Shown piece by piece: positions 28,005 through 37,063 of a DNA stretch of 64,000 nt; the stretch's first letter is position 1; each line of letters starts with the position of its first letter. The translations under genes were made by a program, and so were the position numbers. This stretch comes from a virus (lineage: Duplodnaviria; Caudoviricetes). The notes under the pieces were generated by a model that was given only the letters and a program-made list of their open reading frames with translations, did no database searches and was not told the origin of the DNA. The stretch lies in the IMG/VR virus record IMGVR_UViG_3300043786_001086, one strand, 5' to 3'.

Positions 28005-28813
28005 AATATTTAGTTTTAGGTTCATCAGGACAAATAGGTCTTGAGTTATGTAAATTTTTAAGAAAAGAAAATCATGATGTTATTGAATTTGACATTGCGT
28101 CAAATGATTCACAAGATTTAAGAATTCCAAATGTAATTGACAATCTAGTTGAGTCATCAGACTTTATAATGTTTTTGGCATTTGATGTTGGGGGATCTAG
28201 ATATTTGAAAAAATACCAACATACTTATGAATTTATTGAAAATAATACAAAATTAACTTTATACACTTTTGAAAGTTTAAAAAAATTTAATAAACCATTT
28301 ATTTTTGCTTCGTCTCAAATGGCAAATATGTCATATTCACCTTATGGTATCTGCAAATCATTAGGTGAAATATATACTAAATCATTAAATGGTTTGACGG
28401 TCAAATTCTGGAATGTTTATGGTTTAGAGCATGATTTAGAAAAATCTCATGTTATAACTGATTTCATTATAAAGGCCAAAGAAGGTAAAATTGATATGTT
28501 AACGGATGGGAAAGAAGAACGTCAATTTTTACACGCAGAGGATTGTTCGAGATGTTTAATGATTCTTTCAGAGAAATATAATGAAATTGATAGAGAATCA
28601 AGTTTACATATCACAAATTTTGAATGGACTACAATATTAGAAGTTGCGGAAATAATTAAAGAATCAATTCCTTGTGAAATAATTCCATCAAATGATATTG
28701 ATTCAGTTCAATTAAATAAAAGAAACGAACCGGACCCATATATTTTAAATTTTTGGATTCCAAAAATAAAAATTAAGGAAGGGATTAATAAAATAATAAA
28801 AGAAATTCAATGA
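28001..28813 (+). CDS. NAD-dependent epimerase/dehydratase (extended SDR)
   Basis: GSSGQIG, YGICK (YxxxK), FWNVYG, RQFLHAED. Confidence 0.85.
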   Translation: MKYLVLGSSGQIGLELCKFLRKENHDVIEFDIASNDSQDLRIPNVIDNLVESSDFIMFLAFDVGGSRYLKKYQHTYEFIENNTKLTLYTFESLKKFNKPFIFASSQMANMSYSPYGICKSLGEIYTKSLNGLTVKFWNVYGLEHDLEKSHVITDFIIKAKEGKIDMLTDGKEERQFLHAEDCSRCLMILSEKYNEIDRESSLHITNFEWTTILEVAEIIKESIPCEIIPSNDIDSVQLNKRNEPDPYILNFWIPKIKIKEGINKIIKEIQ

Positions 28814-29844
28814 AAAAAATTTTAGTATTAGGTGGTGGTGGTTTTATCGGAGGTCACTTATCAAAACGACTATTTAATGAAGGTAATTACGTTAGAGTTG
28901 TTGATATCAAACCAAAACATGAATATTTCGAAACTGAAGAGTTTTGTAGTGAATATATTTGTGGAGATTTGAGAGACCCTCAAATTGTGTCAAAAATTAT
29001 GTTTGCACCAAATCAAATATCAATTGACAACAAACAAACATCTTTCGATGAGGTTTATCAACTAGCGGCAGACATGGGAGGTGCGGGATATATATTTACA
29101 GGTGAAAATGATGCAAATGTCATGCACAATTCAGCTTTAGTCAATTTAAATGTTGTGTATTACGCATCAAAATTTAATGTTAAAAAAATATTTTATTCGT
29201 CCTCTGCCTGTATGTATCCCGAACATAATCAATTAGATTCTGAAAACCCAAATTGTGAAGAATCATCAGCATACCCTGCTAATCCAGATTCAGAATACGG
29301 ATGGGAAAAATTATTCAGTGAAAGACTATTTTTTGCTTTTGGCAGAAATTATGGATTAAATATTAGAGTCGCAAGATTTCACAATATTTTTGGTCCTTAT
29401 GGAACTTGGGATGGTGGAAAAGAAAAGGCTCCTGCTGCCATGTGCCGTAAAGCAGCTGAAACACCAGATGGTGGTGAAATAGAAGTTTGGGGTGATGGTA
29501 AACAAACAAGATCGTTTTTATATGTTGACGAATGTGTTGAGGCTGTTTTAAAGTTGATGGATAGTGATTTTGTTGGTCCTGTGAATATTGGGTCTGAAGA
29601 AATGGTAACAATAAATGAATTAGCACAAATGGCAATTGATATATCAAAAAAAGATATTACTATCAATAATATTGATGGTGAGAATTTTTTAGATAAATAC
29701 GGTTTTAAATGCCCTGTAGGTGTGAGAGGTAGAAATTCCGATAATAAATTGTATAAATCTAAAGTTGGTTGGGTCGTTTCTGAACCACTAAGAGTCGGAA
29801 TGGAAAAAACATTCAAATGGATAAATAAACAAGTAAATGGATAG
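28810..29844 (+). CDS. GDP-mannose 3,5-epimerase-like (GME)
   Basis: GGGGFIG, LAADMGGAGYI, YSSSACMYP, PDSEYGWEKL, GGKEKAPAAMCRK, GVRGRNSDN. Confidence 0.85.
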   Translation: MKKILVLGGGGFIGGHLSKRLFNEGNYVRVVDIKPKHEYFETEEFCSEYICGDLRDPQIVSKIMFAPNQISIDNKQTSFDEVYQLAADMGGAGYIFTGENDANVMHNSALVNLNVVYYASKFNVKKIFYSSSACMYPEHNQLDSENPNCEESSAYPANPDSEYGWEKLFSERLFFAFGRNYGLNIRVARFHNIFGPYGTWDGGKEKAPAAMCRKAAETPDGGEIEVWGDGKQTRSFLYVDECVEAVLKLMDSDFVGPVNIGSEEMVTINELAQMAIDISKKDITINNIDGENFLDKYGFKCPVGVRGRNSDNKLYKSKVGWVVSEPLRVGMEKTFKWINKQVNG

Positions 29845-30283
29845 ACAAAACAGAACTATCGGAATAACATGCTCAACATTTGATCTTTTACATGCAGGTC
29901 ATATTATAATGTTAGAAGAATGTAAAAAATATTGTGACTATCTAATATGCGCACTGCAAGTAGACCCGACTATTGACAGACCAGAAAAAAACAAACCAAT
30001 ACAAACTTTGGTTGAAAGATACATTCAATTAGAGTCCGTTAAACACGTAGATAAAATTATCCCATATAACACAGAAGAAGATCTTGAATCCATATTTTTA
30101 TCTTTGGATTTAGATGTCCGAATAATAGGAGAAGAGTATAAAGACAAAGATTTTACCGCAAAAAACATTTGTCAAAAAAGAGGTATAAGATTCGCCTATA
30201 ACAAAAGAGATCATAATTTTTCATCTTCTAATTTGAGAAAGTTGGTTTATGAGCAAGAATCTAATAAAAGGTTTGTTAAATAG
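29837..30283 (+). CDS. Glycerol-3-phosphate cytidylyltransferase-like (TagD-like)
   Basis: TFDLLHAGH (HxGH), RPEKNKP, FSSSNLR. Confidence 0.85.
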   Translation: MDRQNRTIGITCSTFDLLHAGHIIMLEECKKYCDYLICALQVDPTIDRPEKNKPIQTLVERYIQLESVKHVDKIIPYNTEEDLESIFLSLDLDVRIIGEEYKDKDFTAKNICQKRGIRFAYNKRDHNFSSSNLRKLVYEQESNKRFVK

Positions 30284-30286
30284 CAT

Positions 30287-31018
30287 ATGCAAAGAAAAAA
30301 AACACAACAATCAGAAGACAACTTCACAAAACCACAATCAAAAAAAGAATTTATTAATTCTGTAATAAAGAAAAAACAAAGGAGTAAGTTTCTTACTGAA
30401 AATCAAAAAGAATATTACGATAAATTAATTTCAAATCAGATCACAATATGTTCTGGACCTGCCGGTGTTGGCAAAAGTTTTATTGCAATGAAGGCTGCGG
30501 TTGATCTATTACTAGATCCAAATAATGGTTATGAAAAAATTATTATCGTAAGACCGGCAGTTGAGGCTGAAGAAAAATTGGGATCACTTCCTGGTAATTT
30601 GGAAGAAAAATTGGACCCATACATATTTCCGTCTTATTATTTGTTAAATAAAATTATTGGAAAAGACGCTCGAGAAAAGTTGAAGGATTCTGAAATTATC
30701 GAAGTTTTTGCTCTTGCATATATGAGGGGTATGAATATAGATAATTCAATATTAATTTTTGAAGAGGCTCAAAATTCAACTCCAAATCAAATGAAACTCC
30801 TTTTAACACGAATTGGTTTTTCTAGTAAGTTTTTTATTTCAGGCGACTTAGAACAAACCGATAGATATAAAGATAAAAAACAATCAGGTCTTTACGATGC
30901 AATAACAAGGTTTAATTTTATTAATGACATTGCAACCTTCGAGTTTAACGATAAAGACGTGGTAAGAAACCCATTAATTTCAAAAATATTAAAAAAGTAT
31001 GATGAAGATAGGAATTGA
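30287..31018 (+). CDS. phoH: PhoH-family ATPase
   Basis: GPAGVGKS, RPAVEA, LGSLPG.L.EK, LAYMRG, EEAQN, LLTRIG, GDLEQTD. Confidence 0.95.
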   Translation: MQRKKTQQSEDNFTKPQSKKEFINSVIKKKQRSKFLTENQKEYYDKLISNQITICSGPAGVGKSFIAMKAAVDLLLDPNNGYEKIIIVRPAVEAEEKLGSLPGNLEEKLDPYIFPSYYLLNKIIGKDAREKLKDSEIIEVFALAYMRGMNIDNSILIFEEAQNSTPNQMKLLLTRIGFSSKFFISGDLEQTDRYKDKKQSGLYDAITRFNFINDIATFEFNDKDVVRNPLISKILKKYDEDRN

Positions 31019-31661
31019 TGTGAATGGTGTTTTAAGGGACACAATTCTTAAATTTGATTTAGTTTATCAAAAAAATTTAATAGAAAAAAAAGATGAGGAG
31101 TTTTTAGGTCAAACTTTTGAATTAGATCTATCTGGAAATACGTCATTAATTGAGTCGGAAGAAAGTAATTTTGAATATAAAAAAATTTCGGAGGTTACGT
31201 CTTTAAATCTACAAAACCACTACTCTTTTCAATCGGATGAAGAATTGTTTAGTTTTTTGTATGAAGACTTTGCCATGGAGATTTTTGGTCACTCACCATC
31301 AACAGAAATGACAACATTCAATGTTCTAAACGACATCTACTTTGAATTTAGAGATGAATTTCAACTTACTATAGTATCAAACGAAATTGGAAAATCAAAA
31401 CCATCAACCTTATTTTTTTTATCTAAGTTCGGTTGTTTATTGGAAAAAGTTATTTTTTACAGTGAATCAACAAAAAATAATATGTGGAATGAAGTTGATA
31501 TTTTACTTACATCGAATCCTGAGTTATTATTAGATAAACCCGAAAATAAAATTGTTGTAAAATACAACACAAATTACAATAAACAAATTGAATCAAAATA
31601 TGAAATAAATTCTATTTCTGAATTCAGTGAAATGATTAAAAAAATAAAAAATGTTATTTAA
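30999..31661 (+). CDS. HAD-superfamily 5'-nucleotidase-like protein with DxN motif I
   Basis: MKIGIDVNGVLRD; C-terminal region NT5C-like. Confidence 0.55.
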   Translation: MMKIGIDVNGVLRDTILKFDLVYQKNLIEKKDEEFLGQTFELDLSGNTSLIESEESNFEYKKISEVTSLNLQNHYSFQSDEELFSFLYEDFAMEIFGHSPSTEMTTFNVLNDIYFEFRDEFQLTIVSNEIGKSKPSTLFFLSKFGCLLEKVIFYSESTKNNMWNEVDILLTSNPELLLDKPENKIVVKYNTNYNKQIESKYEINSISEFSEMIKKIKNVI

Positions 31662-31908
31662 TACTTTTGGTGAAAATTATTATATCGATTTAGATAAATT
31701 AGAAAAAGAAATAGAACTAACAAATTCTACAGGAGAAACACAAGTTCATTTAGTGAAATACGAAATGATAAAGATGATGTTAGAGACCGTTATGACCGAA
31801 GCCGAGTCTGTTGATGAAAAATTAGGTCCTAATAATAGCGAATTAACTATTCCATTTAAAATTTCTTTTAATACACTTAGAGTAAAGAACATAATAAATA
31901 AACTATAA
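31651..31908 (+). CDS. Hypothetical protein
   Basis: 85-aa ORF in coupled operon. Confidence 0.7.
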   Translation: MLFNTFGENYYIDLDKLEKEIELTNSTGETQVHLVKYEMIKMMLETVMTEAESVDEKLGPNNSELTIPFKISFNTLRVKNIINKL

Positions 31909-31914
31909 TATATC

Positions 31915-32973
31915 ATGAGCACTGAAAATTACGAAAAATTGGAAAAATCCATAAATAATATGAAAGAAAAACTTTCAAGAATTTATTTTGTGGTTCAAGA
32001 CACTAAAGGAAACGCAAAAGCGTCTGTTAGATACATTTATCAAATGGCACTAACATTAAAAAGAGGTGGATATAATTCTATCATTTTACACGAAAAACCC
32101 GAATACTTTGGTGTTTCTTCTTGGTTAGGTGAAGAGTATATGTCAGAATTAGAACATAGAGCGATCGAAGGAACAAGTTTAGAAATTTCACCTGACGATT
32201 TAATTATCATTCCTGAAATCTACGGATTTGTAATGGATCAAATTACAAAACTACCATGTGGTAAAATTGTATTATCACAAGCCTTCGACCATATTTTTGA
32301 AACTTTACAACCAGGTCAATCATGGTCTCAGTTAGGGTTTTACAAGTGTATTACAACATCAAATAAACAAAAAGAATTAATCGAATCGGTAATGAGAAAT
32401 GTTTCAGTGGATGTTGTTGAACCATACATCTCTGAATGTTTTGAAAGAAATCCATTCCCACCAAAAACTGTAATTAATATTCACACAAGAGACCAAAGAG
32501 ACACCGCAAATCTTATCAAAACTTTTTATGTTAAATTTCCACAATATAGATGGATTAGTTTTAGAGATTTAAGAGGTTTGTCAGAAAAAGAATTTAGCCA
32601 AGGAATGAAAGATAGCTTCATTTCAATTTGGATCGATCAAACAAGTTCGTTCGGGACATTTCCACTTGAATCTATGAAAATGGGAATTCCTGTGTTAGGA
32701 TTGGTTCCAGATGTAATTCCTTCTTGGATGAATGAAGATAATGGTCTATGGATAAACAACAAAACTATAATTGTTGATGTATTGGCTGACTATATCCAAA
32801 ATTGGTTAGAGGATAATTTAAATCCTGAACTTTTTGAAAGAATGGAACAAACTATCAATTCAATTTCAACAAAAGAACAATTTGAAACTAACACTTTAAA
32901 CCTATTTAATGAACTATTCGAAAAAAGATTACAATCTTTCGAAGATCAACTTTCTAAATTTGAAACAATATAA
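31915..32973 (+). CDS. GT-B fold glycosyltransferase-like protein
   Basis: IIIPEIY, SIWID..SSFGTFPLESMKMG.PV (E-x7-E-like region). Confidence 0.7.
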   Translation: MSTENYEKLEKSINNMKEKLSRIYFVVQDTKGNAKASVRYIYQMALTLKRGGYNSIILHEKPEYFGVSSWLGEEYMSELEHRAIEGTSLEISPDDLIIIPEIYGFVMDQITKLPCGKIVLSQAFDHIFETLQPGQSWSQLGFYKCITTSNKQKELIESVMRNVSVDVVEPYISECFERNPFPPKTVINIHTRDQRDTANLIKTFYVKFPQYRWISFRDLRGLSEKEFSQGMKDSFISIWIDQTSSFGTFPLESMKMGIPVLGLVPDVIPSWMNEDNGLWINNKTIIVDVLADYIQNWLEDNLNPELFERMEQTINSISTKEQFETNTLNLFNELFEKRLQSFEDQLSKFETI

Positions 32974-32975
32974 TT

Positions 32976-33782
32976 ATGACAACAAAAAACCAAATATCAG
33001 TAATTCTTCCTATCAAAACAGGAAAAACTTTAGCCTTCACAGACTTTTTTGAAAAATGCATTCAGTCTGTAAGATACCAAGACGAATATTTAAAAGAATT
33101 AATTATCGTCCATGGAAATGAAGATTATTTGAACTCGTATTTGTATGAGTATGATTTCAGTGGTCTGACCGTGACCTTAGAACCATGGACAAGTAAACCC
33201 AACTTTTCAAAACAAGTAAACCATGGGGTTAGTATCGCAAACTCTAATTGGTGTTCAATTTTAGAATTTGACGACGAATATTCAAACATTTGGTTCAAAA
33301 ATGTTTCTAAATATATTGATATTTATAATGATGTAGATGCTTTTCTACCTATTGTTGTAGATGTTGATGATAAGTTAGTTTTTGCGGGTTTTACAAATGA
33401 AGCGACTTTTGCTGCGAATGTCTCATCAGAGATGGGTATTTTAACAAATGAAACTTTGCAAGGATTTCAAAACTTTCAAATTTCGGGTATGGTATTCAAT
33501 AAAGAAAAGTATCAAGAAGTTGGTGGTTTGAAATCAAATATGAAGTTGACTTTTGGTTATGAACTATTTTTAAGATTGACATATAACTCGGCAAAAATTA
33601 TGACAATCCCTAAAATAGGTTATAAACATACAAATTTGAGAGAGGGGTCGATCTTTTGGAACTATAAAAATGGTGAAAACAAAATAACTCAAGATGAGGC
33701 TAAATTTTGGATTGATTCGGCTAAAAAAGAATATTTCTACACCAGCGAAAGAGAAATAAAATATGAACCCCAAGAAGTTTGA
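32976..33782 (+). CDS. GT2-family glycosyltransferase-like protein
   Basis: ISVILP, NHGV, SILEFDDEY, LRLTYN, GYKH. Confidence 0.75.
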   Translation: MTTKNQISVILPIKTGKTLAFTDFFEKCIQSVRYQDEYLKELIIVHGNEDYLNSYLYEYDFSGLTVTLEPWTSKPNFSKQVNHGVSIANSNWCSILEFDDEYSNIWFKNVSKYIDIYNDVDAFLPIVVDVDDKLVFAGFTNEATFAANVSSEMGILTNETLQGFQNFQISGMVFNKEKYQEVGGLKSNMKLTFGYELFLRLTYNSAKIMTIPKIGYKHTNLREGSIFWNYKNGENKITQDEAKFWIDSAKKEYFYTSEREIKYEPQEV

Positions 33783-34522
33783 TGTTAGAAAATGAAACTG
33801 AGTTATTAGCAGAAAAGAAAAAGAAAGGAAGAAAACCTAAGTTAAATAACTATTTTGATGAACGTGAGGAGACCGCTGTCAAACTTTTTTTGATAGCGGA
33901 AACCTTTGAAGAAAAAAATAAGATTTATAATGAGTTTTTAAGACATCCTTTAGATAAGATGATTTCTTCTATAATTAGAAGATATAAGTTGTATAGAAAA
34001 GATATGAATTATGAAGAAGTTCATGTTGATACACATTCCTTTTTGATGACCAAAATTGACAAATTTAAACCATCAAAAGAAAAAAAGGCTTATTCATATT
34101 TTGGAACAATTTGTAAGAATTATTTGATGGGTCAAATCATGAAAGACCAAAAAGAAATTAATAGAAAAATTTCTTATGAAGACATTTCTTCTGACTTATG
34201 CAATCGTCCTGAAATGTCTTACTTAATTGATAAAGATGAAATTAGTTCAGAATATATTATAAAAAAGTTTTTAGAAAAACTTAGATTTGATTTAGAACAA
34301 GATGAACTTGATGAACAAGAAAAAAAATTAGGTTCGGCAATTCACGATTTATTCGAAAACTACGGGACAATTTTTCCTGACACAAATAATAATAAATTCA
34401 ATAAAAATATAATTCTTTTTGAACTTAGGGAAATGACTAATTTATCTACAAAAGAAATAAGAAACTCTATTAAAAAATACAAAAAAATGTATTACGAGTT
34501 AGTCCAAGAATTACTAAAATAA
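33782..34522 (+). CDS. Phage sigma factor, T4 gp55-like (late transcription)
   Basis: Region 2-like KIDKFKPSKEKKAYSYFGTICKNYL; ATG 33782 overlaps the previous TGA. Confidence 0.65.
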   Translation: MLENETELLAEKKKKGRKPKLNNYFDEREETAVKLFLIAETFEEKNKIYNEFLRHPLDKMISSIIRRYKLYRKDMNYEEVHVDTHSFLMTKIDKFKPSKEKKAYSYFGTICKNYLMGQIMKDQKEINRKISYEDISSDLCNRPEMSYLIDKDEISSEYIIKKFLEKLRFDLEQDELDEQEKKLGSAIHDLFENYGTIFPDTNNNKFNKNIILFELREMTNLSTKEIRNSIKKYKKMYYELVQELLK

Positions 34523-34533
34523 AAAATATTGAC

Positions 34534-34905
34534 ATGCCAAGACCACCAAAAAAAGAAATTAATTTAAGTAAGGATTCTATGTTGGCATTGATGCAAGAAA
34601 TTTACAATGAACTTGTAGAACAAAGACAAACCGCAATTAGAATTCAAAACAAAATGCTAACAATGATGAAAGAACCCGAGGATATGACATTGATCGGGCC
34701 GGTGATTGAAAAACAACAAAAAATTATTAACGATTGTGTTGAAAAAAAACTTACTTTATCAAAATTGCAAGCACAAATGTGGCAAAAAAACACAGATAAA
34801 GAAGAAGACTTTACTCTAACCGATTTAGATATTGACGATGAAACTTTTCAAAATTTGTTAAAAAAAGATATTAGCAAAGACACTACTTATAAAATGAAGA
34901 AGTAA
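34534..34905 (+). CDS. Hypothetical protein (coiled-coil)
   Basis: 123-aa ORF. Confidence 0.7.
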   Translation: MPRPPKKEINLSKDSMLALMQEIYNELVEQRQTAIRIQNKMLTMMKEPEDMTLIGPVIEKQQKIINDCVEKKLTLSKLQAQMWQKNTDKEEDFTLTDLDIDDETFQNLLKKDISKDTTYKMKK

Positions 34906-34911
34906 TAAAAA

Positions 34912-36840
34912 ATGGCTGTTGATATAAATAACGAGTTAAGAAAGGCTACCGAAAAAACTAACGTTTATAAAACGTATAAGGACTTCAAGGAGGGTAGTGA
35001 AAAATTAAAGAAAAAAGCTGGAGACTCCCAAGAAATCGCCAATAAGGCTATTTCACAACCTCTTGACAAATTTGTGAGTTGGAGAAAAAAACATACCACA
35101 AGCACTCAAACTCTAACAGACGAATTAATTAAACAATTAAAACAAATTCGTGGTGCAGGACTTGATACCGACACTTTAATTAAAAGAATATTTTTAAATT
35201 CTCTAAAAAAAATTAAACCACAAATCAAGGAACTATTAACTTCCGAAGTAAAAAAAGCATTGGCCTGTAGTGACGAACAATCATATCAGTTTAATTTCAC
35301 TTATTACATTCCGGTAAAATCGGTTGATTTATTTGGTATTTTTGAAAACTCTCCTGACGATAAAATCGGAAAGTTTTTTTATGAAAAAACAAATGCACCT
35401 TTCAATCAGTTTCCTTACTCAATGAATAGACAACTTTATGAAAGAATTCAAAACTTAAATCAACCGTATTCTGTAGTCGCTGGTTCTAACTATAATGGAA
35501 CATCACAACAACAACTTTTTGATATAACATACGTTGACAATTATTTAGATCCAATAACATTACAAACCGTTCAAGGTAGTTTTTTTAAAGTTGATTTAAA
35601 ACCTAGACAAACATATCCCACCGTTGATGAATTTTTAAATGATTATTATAGCACAATTGATATTTTAGAATACAAAACATTTTTCACAAATTTAGTTGAT
35701 TACACTACAGGTGCAATTTCTTTTGGTCGAGGTGATGGAAAATTAAAGTTGTCAGTAATACAAAAGAGTTTAATAATCATGCAACGAATTTTAGGTCTTT
35801 GTTCTGATAGAAATGAAGAAATCGAAGTTGGTGGGACTTCTAAACTCTCTGAGGTTGATAATGTTGATGAGTCTTTTTATGAGTTCAATGATATCGATTT
35901 AAGAGTTATCGACCAACTAACATCTAACATAAAAAAGGGAGTAATTGAATTTGAAGATTGTGATAATATACAAATCCCTTTGAATGTTGATGCGGTTGTA
36001 ACGGCTTTAGACAATCTTAATTTTTTTGAAAATACATCTGATCTTAATGAAATTAATGACGCTCTTGGAATAATTTATCCTGTTATAGACGAAGACCCGG
36101 CATTTAAACTATCTGTCGATACAAGCTTTTTCCAACAATTTATAAAGGCGGTTATGAACACGGTTTTATCCCCAAAAACGGTTTTACCTGTTATGATTGC
36201 CGCTGGCATGGTCAATCAACCAATATTCAAAGACATTAGCAATATAGAAGAATTTTTAAAAAAATTCAAAAACTTTTTCAACCAAGTTCTAACAAAAATA
36301 TCTGCAATATTCACAAAGGCAGTTTTTGATGAATTAAAAAAAGAAATTAAACTTTTGGTGTCTTTGATTTTGAAAGATATTGTCACAGAAAAACAAAGAA
36401 AAAAATACCTTATGATTTTGTCAATTGTTGCAATCGTTCCGGCACTTGTTCAGATAGTTAAAGATTTTAGAGAGTGTAGAAGCGTTTTAGATGAACTTTT
36501 ACAACTTTTAAATATTGGAGTGACGAAGAAAATTAGCTCAATTGCCAATGCTGGCGGTGATGTTCCCTTACCACTTCTATTAACCTCAAGATTTTTGGAT
36601 GGTTATTCACCCACCAGATCATTTTTAAATACGGTCCAAAACCTACAAGAATTAGGAATACCAACAGGTCCGATGCCTGACGGTAGTCCAAATGAATTCT
36701 TGGCCGCAATTAAGGCCATGATTGACGGAAATTCCAAAGAAATTGCCGAAAACAGCAAAGTTGCAATCGGTATTGGTCCATTAACAATTACACCTGCGGG
36801 TATTACAATTCCAAAAGACGCATATGGAAAATTCATTTGA
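34912..36840 (+). CDS. Large hypothetical protein, probably tail/baseplate associated
   Basis: 642-aa ORF directly upstream of the baseplate hub gene. Confidence 0.65.
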   Translation: MAVDINNELRKATEKTNVYKTYKDFKEGSEKLKKKAGDSQEIANKAISQPLDKFVSWRKKHTTSTQTLTDELIKQLKQIRGAGLDTDTLIKRIFLNSLKKIKPQIKELLTSEVKKALACSDEQSYQFNFTYYIPVKSVDLFGIFENSPDDKIGKFFYEKTNAPFNQFPYSMNRQLYERIQNLNQPYSVVAGSNYNGTSQQQLFDITYVDNYLDPITLQTVQGSFFKVDLKPRQTYPTVDEFLNDYYSTIDILEYKTFFTNLVDYTTGAISFGRGDGKLKLSVIQKSLIIMQRILGLCSDRNEEIEVGGTSKLSEVDNVDESFYEFNDIDLRVIDQLTSNIKKGVIEFEDCDNIQIPLNVDAVVTALDNLNFFENTSDLNEINDALGIIYPVIDEDPAFKLSVDTSFFQQFIKAVMNTVLSPKTVLPVMIAAGMVNQPIFKDISNIEEFLKKFKNFFNQVLTKISAIFTKAVFDELKKEIKLLVSLILKDIVTEKQRKKYLMILSIVAIVPALVQIVKDFRECRSVLDELLQLLNIGVTKKISSIANAGGDVPLPLLLTSRFLDGYSPTRSFLNTVQNLQELGIPTGPMPDGSPNEFLAAIKAMIDGNSKEIAENSKVAIGIGPLTITPAGITIPKDAYGKFI

Positions 36841-37063
36841 TTTACAAGAAAAAAAAATTAAGTCTGGTGAAATTTTGATGATCATCAAAGAATATAAAGA
36901 AAGATCAAATAAAGATTTACAGTTAGCAATGGACTTTATACAAGAGGACTTCAAGTTCACAAAAGAAAATATCATCAAACTAACTCACCATTTAGATAAA
37001 TTAGAAAACACTTATAATTTATTACATAAAGAACATAGTGAAAGAAATAAAATAAATGGCTAA
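36824..37063 (+). CDS. Hypothetical protein
   Basis: 79-aa ORF overlapping both neighbours. Confidence 0.65.
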   Translation: MENSFDLQEKKIKSGEILMIIKEYKERSNKDLQLAMDFIQEDFKFTKENIIKLTHHLDKLENTYNLLHKEHSERNKING

